A stretch of DNA of 33,260 nucleotides, taken from positions 1-33,260 of the forward strand of contig CAYMTG010000001.1 of assembly GCA_964393305.1 (NCBI GenBank), in the 5' to 3' direction. Numbering within the stretch: the first letter of the stretch is position 1; each line of letters begins with the position of its first letter. Both the position numbers and the translations under genes were made by a program. Shown one piece after another: positions 11,406 through 18,377 of the stretch. The notes under the pieces were generated by a model. That model saw only the letters and a program-made list of their open reading frames with translations, did no database searches and was not told the DNA's origin. This DNA is from an uncultured Ruminococcus sp. (GTDB lineage Bacteria > Bacillota > Clostridia > Oscillospirales > Ruminococcaceae).

Positions 11406-12194
11406 ATGGCAGACGATTATTTTGATATTCTGTCATCGGCAGACCAAATCAGTCAGAATTACGAGTTGTACAAGGACAAATTCGAGGATTCTTCCGACGA
11501 CATCATAAATCAGGAGACGTTTTTGAGCCTTCTGGTTGCGGAAATGTCCAATCAGGATCCGTTGGAGCCTACCAGCAACACCGAGTTTATTTCTCAGCTG
11601 GCGCAGTTCTCGTCAATGCAGTATATGATGGACGCAAGCAAGTACGCGGAATCGAATTACGCTACGAGCCTTGTCGGAAAATATGCCACGGCCATCAAGC
11701 AGGACGGCACGAACGCGGTCAGCAAATCCGGCATCGTTGAGAAGGTCTACAAGTCTTCGGATAACAGTTATCTGGTAACTATCGACGGCGTGGATTTCAC
11801 GCTTAGTCAGATAAGCTCCGTTCAGTCGGTATCCGAAAGCGACAGCGACAGCTCTACCGGGCTTGAAAATACCACAAACTCTTTGGGAGACAGCATTTCC
11901 AGAGCGGCAATGATGGTAGGTATGTTCGCGACCGTCGAGCCAAGCGACAACGGAGTGACGGTTTCCGGCTTTATCGACGCTATCAAGGTTGAAGACGGCA
12001 AGATTTACGCTGTTATCAATACACAGGATTACGAGCTTGATAAAATCAAGGAAGTTACATACGCGATTCTTGCGGATACCGGCTATGAGGAAGAGTCCGA
12101 GGCGGCGGAGGAAACCGACGACGACAGCGTTGCTTCGGATGATCAGGTCGACGTCGACGACACGGATTCCACATCGGCAGACGCGGATATCTAA
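11406..12194 (+). CDS. flgD: Flagellar hook capping protein FlgD
   Basis: FLSLLVAEMSNQDPLEP..NTEFISQLAQFSS signature. Confidence 0.94.
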   Translation: MADDYFDILSSADQISQNYELYKDKFEDSSDDIINQETFLSLLVAEMSNQDPLEPTSNTEFISQLAQFSSMQYMMDASKYAESNYATSLVGKYATAIKQDGTNAVSKSGIVEKVYKSSDNSYLVTIDGVDFTLSQISSVQSVSESDSDSSTGLENTTNSLGDSISRAAMMVGMFATVEPSDNGVTVSGFIDAIKVEDGKIYAVINTQDYELDKIKEVTYAILADTGYEEESEAAEETDDDSVASDDQVDVDDTDSTSADADI

Positions 12195-12242
12195 TGCACG
12201 GGAACGGAATCCCGCATAGATAGTAAAACAGGAGGTTTGGCT

Positions 12243-12650
12243 ATGCTGATAAGCGAGTATTTAGCGCTTCGCAATCAGATCAACGTTACAACAGGATCCC
12301 CTGTCGGTACGACCGGTGTCAATGTCCCCGAACCGCAGGGCGAAGGCACGGAAAGCTTCGCGGCGGCGCTTCAGAGCAAGATCGAAGAAAAGCAGGGCGT
12401 TGAATTCACCAAGCACGCTATCCAGCGGCTTTCGGACAGAAGCATCGACATTACCGAGGGCGATATGCTGGAGCGGTTGAACAAGGGTGTTGGTATCGCG
12501 GCGGACAAGGGCAGCAGCGAGACTTTGGTTCTTGTCGGCGAAAACGCATTTGTTGTGAGCGTTAAGAACAACAAGGTAATTACTACGGTTCCTAAAGAGG
12601 AGCTGAAGGGTAACATTTTCACAAATATTGATTCTACCGTGATCGTATGA
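12243..12650 (+). CDS. Conserved flagellar operon protein of unknown function (TIGR02530-like)
   Basis: FTKHAIQRLSDRSI...KG...LVL....FVVSVKNNKVIT...NIFTNIDSTVIV and its position between flgD and flgE match this Firmicute family. ATG 12243 fits the CAGGAGG RBS better than TTG 12237. Confidence 0.8.
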   Translation: MLISEYLALRNQINVTTGSPVGTTGVNVPEPQGEGTESFAAALQSKIEEKQGVEFTKHAIQRLSDRSIDITEGDMLERLNKGVGIAADKGSSETLVLVGENAFVVSVKNNKVITTVPKEELKGNIFTNIDSTVIV

Positions 12651-12670
12651 GCGCGTGCGCGTTCACACTA

Positions 12671-12749
12671 ATGAACGGACCTTCGGGAATTCATCGGCAG
12701 TCTGCGACTGAGACTGCCGCACGGAGAACAATTGATTTAGGAGGTCAAT
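12671..12749 (+). promoter_or_regulatory. Structured 5' leader of flgE (three hairpins, the last covering the RBS)
   Basis: ATGAA/TTCAT stem capped by CC-UUCG-GG; perfect 8-bp CGGCAGTC/GACTGCCG stem; ATTGATT/GGTCAAT stem around AGGAGG. Confidence 0.6.
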
Positions 12750-14975
12750 ATGGTTAAATCACTTTATTCGGGCGTTTCGGGTCTTAAGACCCATCAGCAG
12801 AGAATGGACGTTATCGGCAACAATATCGCGAACGTCAATACCGTCGGCAACAAGGCGGACGTGGTTACATTCTCTGATGTATACTATCAGACCAAGAGAA
12901 GCGCCTCCGCCGCTAACTCGACGCTCGGCGGCGTTAATCCCAGACAGGTAGGCTACGGCGTTAAGATGAACACCACGACCGCGAATATGACGCAGTCCGG
13001 GTATACCCAGTCGGACAATACGTTCGATATGGCGATAAACGGCAACGGCTTCTTCCAGGTAATGGACGGCTCGGGCAACATCTACTACACCAGAGCGGGT
13101 GTATTCAATATCGATGATGCGGGTTATCTCGTAAACGCCGACGGCTATCACGTCCTCGGAGTTTCGGGTGACAGCACCGGTCAGGACGCGGGCTACGAGA
13201 TCATCAGAGCGGTCATCCCCTCAACCGAGTCAAAGTGTTCTTCGGCTACGAAGACGATCAACGGCACGGACGTTACTATCTCGGTATCCGCTCCCTCCGA
13301 TCACACGAATATGACCGTAACTTTTAAGGATGCGGAGTACCCCTACGCGACCTACGCGAATGATGTTCTTACGGTGTACTTCAATTTCGACAAGCAGTAC
13401 ACCTCAGAGCAGCAGTTTGAGGACGCTATCGCTGAGGCTATACAGGCGGGCGGTATCACTCTTCCCGACGACGTTTCACTGAAGTTCGATTTCGCGGAGA
13501 TTCCGAATGATACATCGGCGAAGGTCGCCGAGAACTCCATGACGGGCATTGAGTTTGCTACCGAAACTGCTTCTGCGGAGATTTCGTATAAGTATCAAAG
13601 ATCCGACGGCAGAGGGTACAACTATGCTTATATGTCTTTCGTGGTGGATAACAATGTAAGCACGGATAAGGTAACGGTTGTTTACGATGATAGCATTGAC
13701 GGTGTTCCGACGGCATCTTATGACGCTTCCACTAAATTGTGGACGCTTACTCTTGACGAAGACTGCGAGATAGGCGATCTTCAGGACGCGATTGATACTG
13801 TCTTGGATAACAATCCGACGATCGACGACTTGACGGTTTCGTTTGTTTGCCCGGATAAGACTCAGAGAGCGGCGGCACTCAAAGATTTCATGACTCAGAC
13901 CGCAAGCGGTGTTCAGGTTCAGGGTACAACAGAGGGCGGCTCGCTTTCGGGCGGTTATTCGTTCTATATGCATGACGCGGGTGAGTTTGCGAATGATTAC
14001 AAAATCACGTTTGCCTATACTTCGGGGTATGATAAGACAAAAGCGGTATGGGATGATAATAATCTCACTATAACTATTTGCGCTAATTCGACTATCGCCG
14101 ATGTGAACAAGGCGATCCGCGATGCGGCTAATGGCAATACCCAGAAGATGATGACCTTCACGGAAATAGAAGGTCTCAGCGATGATCCCATATGGTCTTA
14201 TTCACAGAGCGCCACAGATTCAACTAAGTATACCATTACTCAAACCGATCTTTATGGTATGACGAGAACCGCAGAATATACAAGCTCTACCACGCCTCCG
14301 ACACCGCCCACACAGACAGACGTTGATGATATAACTACTTGGGCGAATTACGTCGACGCTGACGGCAAAGTAGTTACCGATGAAACGCAGTTCTTTACCG
14401 GTGATCCCGCAAACGCGACCGGTCCTAATTCTGTGGCGGGAAAGGATGAAAATAAGGATGGTGCTATTTGGTCTCCCGGCACCAGAGAGGCTTTCTTCGG
14501 CGGTAACCCCGCTATCTCTCCTGCCGGCGGCGAGGACTCCTTCTTCACCGGCGTAGCAAAGGGTCTTGACACGACCTTCGCGCTGGCTGACGGACGTATC
14601 GGTTCGGAACAGTCATTCAAGGACTTCAGCGACGTCACCGTTCAGCAGGACGGACGCATTATCGGTCTGCACTCCGTTTTCGGTTACATTGAGATCGGAC
14701 GTATCGATCTCGCGCTGTTCGATAACCCCAACGGGCTTGCCAAGGTCGGCGGCACCAATTTCCAGGCAACGGTTGCTTCCGGCGAAGCTAAGCTTTCGAT
14801 TCCCGGCGAGGGCGGCGCAGGCGTTATCCTTTCCGGAGCGCTTGAGATGTCCAACGTAGACCTCGCGGACGAGTTCACCAACATGATCACCACTCAGAGA
14901 GGTTATCAGGCGAACAGCCGTGTTATCACGGTATCCGATACCATGCTTGAGGAGCTTCTCTCGCTCAAGAGATAA
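12750..14975 (+). CDS. flgE: Flagellar hook protein FlgE, large form (741 aa)
   Basis: N-terminal SGL..HQQRMDVIGNNIANVNT, DMAINGNGFF and YTRAG; C-terminal SGALEMSNVDLADEFTNMITTQRGYQANSRVIT; long central insertion. Confidence 0.95.
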   Translation: MVKSLYSGVSGLKTHQQRMDVIGNNIANVNTVGNKADVVTFSDVYYQTKRSASAANSTLGGVNPRQVGYGVKMNTTTANMTQSGYTQSDNTFDMAINGNGFFQVMDGSGNIYYTRAGVFNIDDAGYLVNADGYHVLGVSGDSTGQDAGYEIIRAVIPSTESKCSSATKTINGTDVTISVSAPSDHTNMTVTFKDAEYPYATYANDVLTVYFNFDKQYTSEQQFEDAIAEAIQAGGITLPDDVSLKFDFAEIPNDTSAKVAENSMTGIEFATETASAEISYKYQRSDGRGYNYAYMSFVVDNNVSTDKVTVVYDDSIDGVPTASYDASTKLWTLTLDEDCEIGDLQDAIDTVLDNNPTIDDLTVSFVCPDKTQRAAALKDFMTQTASGVQVQGTTEGGSLSGGYSFYMHDAGEFANDYKITFAYTSGYDKTKAVWDDNNLTITICANSTIADVNKAIRDAANGNTQKMMTFTEIEGLSDDPIWSYSQSATDSTKYTITQTDLYGMTRTAEYTSSTTPPTPPTQTDVDDITTWANYVDADGKVVTDETQFFTGDPANATGPNSVAGKDENKDGAIWSPGTREAFFGGNPAISPAGGEDSFFTGVAKGLDTTFALADGRIGSEQSFKDFSDVTVQQDGRIIGLHSVFGYIEIGRIDLALFDNPNGLAKVGGTNFQATVASGEAKLSIPGEGGAGVILSGALEMSNVDLADEFTNMITTQRGYQANSRVITVSDTMLEELLSLKR

Positions 14976-14989
14976 GTTTTTGTTTGAAC

Positions 14990-15033
14990 CGGCTTGCCGC
15001 AGACCCGTGCGAATGGGTCTGCGGTGTGAGCCG
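14990..15033 (+). other. Strong GC-rich stem-loop just downstream of flgE, without a U-tract (probable mRNA-stabilising hairpin)
   Basis: Perfect 10-bp stem CCGCAGACCC (14997-15006)/GGGTCTGCGG (15015-15024), extended by CGGCTT/GAGCCG. Confidence 0.6.
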
Positions 15034-15052
15034 ATTGTTTGAGGAACTTTTT

Positions 15053-15277
15053 ATGATTTATCTGACAAAGCTGGACGGCAGGATGTTCATGCTTAACGAA
15101 ACCTTGATTGAAACGGTTTCCGAAACGCCCGATACCGTTATTGTTCTGGAGAATGGGCATAGCTACATAGTACGTGAGAGTATGGCGGAGCTTCAATCCA
15201 AGATTTATGAAAACAACAGGCTTCAAAGGCAGGCGCGTCTTCGATGGCGCAGAGAAGCGGATAAGCCTTTGACATAA
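15053..15277 (+). CDS. flbD: Flagellar protein FlbD/SwrD family
   Basis: MIYLTKLDG..FMLN..LIETV.ETPDTVI.LENG..YIVRES signature; ATG 15053 after GAGGA; between flgE and motA. Confidence 0.9.
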   Translation: MIYLTKLDGRMFMLNETLIETVSETPDTVIVLENGHSYIVRESMAELQSKIYENNRLQRQARLRWRREADKPLT

Positions 15278-15334
15278 AAGAGGGAAACGGATTTCCCGCG
15301 TTATGCGAAATTATTAAAAAGTGAGGGATATGCT

Positions 15335-16129
15335 TTGAATTTATCGCTTATCATTGGTTGGGTTCTGTCTTTTGGACTGGTTATATTCGGTATCGTATTC
15401 GATACGGATACAGGCAGTTTTATTTGGAAATCATTTGTTAACTTTGTCGACGTACCGTCGCTGGCGATCACTATCGGTGGTACGATAGGATGCTTGGTGG
15501 CTTCGTTCCCGCTGTCCTATCTCGCGGGTACGGGCAAGCGCCTGAAGCTTGCGTTCTTTCCGCCGAAATACAATCCGACCAAGTACATCAGCGACATTGT
15601 TGAGTATGCTCAGATTGCGCGTACAAGAGGTCTTCTGGCGCTTGAGGAGAGCGCTAACCAGTGTTCCGACGCGTTTATGAAGTCAAGCCTTATGCTGATC
15701 GTCGACGCGAATGACCCGGAGAAGGTTCGCGGAATGCTTGACGATACGATAATGTTCATGTGTGAGCGTCACGAAAGCGGACGTGCGTTCTTTGAGAAGG
15801 GCGTCGGTATCTTCCCCGCGTTCGGAATGCTCGGTACGCTGGTCGGACTTATCAACATGCTCGCGGGCGTCGACCTGGACGACCCCTCCGGACTTACATA
15901 TGGTATGGCGACGGCGCTTATCACGACGTTCTATGGCTCGCTGTTCGCGAATGTAATTTTCGCACCGCTCGGTATGGCTCTGAAAAACCTGCATGAGGAC
16001 GAGCTGCTGTGTATGCAGATCATAGAGGAGGGCGTTCTGGCGATAGCCGGAGGCTCTAACCCCCGTTACATACAGGAAAAGCTGGAGTTTATGCTTCCCA
16101 AGAGCAAGCATACCGCGGATAAATCGTAA
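15335..16129 (+). CDS. motA: Flagellar stator A subunit (MotA/PomA/MotP family)
   Basis: ARTRGLLALE, PAFGMLGTLVGLI and MATALITTFYG motifs; four TM segments; TTG start. Confidence 0.94.
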   Translation: MNLSLIIGWVLSFGLVIFGIVFDTDTGSFIWKSFVNFVDVPSLAITIGGTIGCLVASFPLSYLAGTGKRLKLAFFPPKYNPTKYISDIVEYAQIARTRGLLALEESANQCSDAFMKSSLMLIVDANDPEKVRGMLDDTIMFMCERHESGRAFFEKGVGIFPAFGMLGTLVGLINMLAGVDLDDPSGLTYGMATALITTFYGSLFANVIFAPLGMALKNLHEDELLCMQIIEEGVLAIAGGSNPRYIQEKLEFMLPKSKHTADKS

Positions 16130-16209
16130 ATCCTGACCCAATATAGAGAGCTTATTTTGTGAATAATCAATAATAAACGAAATTTTGTAAAAAAATCTTG
16201 AAAAAGTAT

Positions 16210-16238
16210 TTGCATTTTCTATTAATGTGTGGTATAAT
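16210..16238 (+). promoter_or_regulatory. Internal sigma-A promoter between motA and motB
   Basis: TTGCAT (16210-16215), 17-nt spacer, TATAAT (16233-16238), with TGTG extended -10 and upstream A-tracts. Confidence 0.78.
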
Positions 16239-16342
16239 TAACTGAGGAAGTGCTGATTGCCTATTTGAGATACACTTTTGATGGAATTTTTTGGCAATTT
16301 TACCGCGCATTTATGAGATGTTCAGAGGGAGGAGTGGCTGCT

Positions 16343-17335
16343 ATGGCGAAACAGATGCCGAAGAAAGCGGAAGAAAATACCGGCGAGTGGCTGAATACGT
16401 ATGCAGATATGGTTACGCTTCTGCTGACCTTCTTTGTTTTGCTGTTCTGCTGCTCTAATCTTGATGAAACCAAGATGCAGTTTATTTTTCAGGCGTTTAA
16501 GTCCAGAGGCAAGTACCTCAATACCCATGTAGACGAGCAGGATACGATGGCTCAGGATGTAGGCGGCACTACCGATGTTTCGACGCCGGGCGGCGGAGAC
16601 GGCACAATGCCCCAGAGCTTTGAGGAGCTGTATATGTATCTCGCCGATTATATCGCGGAGGCTGACTTGTCCGAGTCCGTTTCTGTTGAGGAGGGCGCCG
16701 CTCATTTGACGATACGCTTTGATAACAGTGTCTTCTTTGACGGGGACAGCTATATCCTCAAGCCGGAAGGGCGCGAGGTTCTTAATGGCATTATCCCCGG
16801 TATTAAAGCAATACAGGATTCTATATACAAGATGGAGATCTCCGGTCATACCGCAAAGGCCGTTTCCAAGGTGAACGACTTCCAGCTGTCTGCCTTGAGA
16901 GCGTGCAGCGTGCAGCTTCATTTGGAGAACAACGAGACGGTTGACAGCAGCAAGTATCGCGTTATTGGCGTGGGACCTAACGAGCCGCTTGAGGATAATA
17001 CCGATCCGGAGAAGGAACGGCGCGTAGAGATCACGATTATAAAGAACGAGCTTGATTCGACAAACAAAGATGTTATTATGGACATCCTGATGCACGATTT
17101 TTCAGTAGGCGCGGGTGCGTTCGATCCGGACAGTCAGCTCGGGAATGATGTTCAGAATTTGCCGGACGGTTCGGCGGACAAGATCATCGGTCTTATTACC
17201 GATAAATTTAACAGTTCGACGACGTATGTCGGTTCGTATGGGCCGAGCGCTGTTGATGGGACGGGCTTTATAGTTACCGCCGAGACTTCCGAAGGGGAGG
17301 ACACCGCCGCCGATGATGATTCGGGCGACGAATAA
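16343..17335 (+). CDS. motB: Flagellar stator B subunit (MotB/PomB/MotS family) with C-terminal extension
   Basis: WLNTYADMVTLLLTFFVLL TM with the ion-binding Asp; OmpA-like domain (ISGHT, N.FQLS.LRA, RRVEI). Start reassigned to ATG 16343 behind GGAGGAG. Confidence 0.92.
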   Translation: MAKQMPKKAEENTGEWLNTYADMVTLLLTFFVLLFCCSNLDETKMQFIFQAFKSRGKYLNTHVDEQDTMAQDVGGTTDVSTPGGGDGTMPQSFEELYMYLADYIAEADLSESVSVEEGAAHLTIRFDNSVFFDGDSYILKPEGREVLNGIIPGIKAIQDSIYKMEISGHTAKAVSKVNDFQLSALRACSVQLHLENNETVDSSKYRVIGVGPNEPLEDNTDPEKERRVEITIIKNELDSTNKDVIMDILMHDFSVGAGAFDPDSQLGNDVQNLPDGSADKIIGLITDKFNSSTTYVGSYGPSAVDGTGFIVTAETSEGEDTAADDDSGDE

Positions 17336-17371
17336 ATGAGGATGGCAGTCCATCTTATGGGGGGATAGAAT

Positions 17372-18364
17372 TTGGCCGGTGACGTACTAACACAAGCGCA
17401 GATCGATGAAATGCTGAAGAGCGTCGCGATGGGCTCGGAGCCTATTGTGACACAGGTCGAGGAAGAGAAAGTCAAGGAGTATGATTTCCGCGCTCCGAAG
17501 AAGTTTACTAAGGAGCAGATCAAGGTCCTTGAGAGTATCTTTGAGAATTACGCGAGACTGCTTTCGTCGTACCTCACGGGTATGCTCAGACTATACAGTA
17601 AGGTTACGCTTCTCAACATAGAGGAACAGCGTTACAGCGAATTCAACAATGCTCTTCCGGACTATGTTATAATGGGCATGGTGGATTTGGGTATCAAGAA
17701 CGATGAGATCAGCGAAACCGATGTTATCGTCCAGATCTCCAACACTATTACATATACAATGATAGATCGCTTGCTTGGCGGTAAGGGCGAGTTCTCGGAT
17801 ATAAACCGTGACTTTACCGAAATCGAGATCACAATAATGACCGATATAATGCATTCCTTCGCCGCGATGTTTAAAGAGCCGTGGATGACGCATATTGATC
17901 TGGAGCCGAGGCTTATCGGTATTGAAACGAATTCCAGAGTGGTACAGACCATCGGTCACGAGGATACTGTAATTATTGTGGCGCTTGAGGTAGAGATCAA
18001 TTCGCAGACGTCGATCGTCTCGGTATGTATTCCTGCGATAAACCTTGACGAGATAATGAGCAAGTTCATTCCGAGATACACTCGTTCGGGAAGAAAGACC
18101 GATGCGAACCGTGAGCAGGAACGTCGTGATAACATAATGACGGGACTGAGCACAACCGATTTGGAGATTAAGGCTGTTCTTGGAACAATTAATCTCGACT
18201 TGTACGAGGTGTTGACTCTCCAGATAAATGATGTTATTCCCCTTGATAAGAAGATAACTGAAAATATTGAGGTGAGGATAGGAGATAAGCCTTGGTGTGA
18301 CGGTAAGGTTGGCACTTACAATAACAAAAAGGCGATAATGATCGAAAATTTTGTAGAGAATTGA
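17372..18364 (+). CDS. fliM: Flagellar motor switch protein FliM
   Basis: N-terminal CheY-binding LTQAQIDEML, YDFRAPKKF, IDRLLGGKG, and a C-terminal SpoA domain. Confidence 0.95.
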   Translation: MAGDVLTQAQIDEMLKSVAMGSEPIVTQVEEEKVKEYDFRAPKKFTKEQIKVLESIFENYARLLSSYLTGMLRLYSKVTLLNIEEQRYSEFNNALPDYVIMGMVDLGIKNDEISETDVIVQISNTITYTMIDRLLGGKGEFSDINRDFTEIEITIMTDIMHSFAAMFKEPWMTHIDLEPRLIGIETNSRVVQTIGHEDTVIIVALEVEINSQTSIVSVCIPAINLDEIMSKFIPRYTRSGRKTDANREQERRDNIMTGLSTTDLEIKAVLGTINLDLYEVLTLQINDVIPLDKKITENIEVRIGDKPWCDGKVGTYNNKKAIMIENFVEN

Positions 18365-18377
18365 GGTAGAGTTACTA

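Noticed and set aside
13225-13260. Lys/Cys (ESKCSS) in FlgE as a spirochete-type lysinoalanine cross-link site
   Set aside because: The surrounding residues do not resemble the spirochete CNLD-type context, so it cannot be supported without an alignment.
15005-15036. GCCGATTG as a sigma-28 -10 element before flbD
   Set aside because: There is no TAAA-like -35 at the right distance, and the sequence is explained by the hairpin arm.
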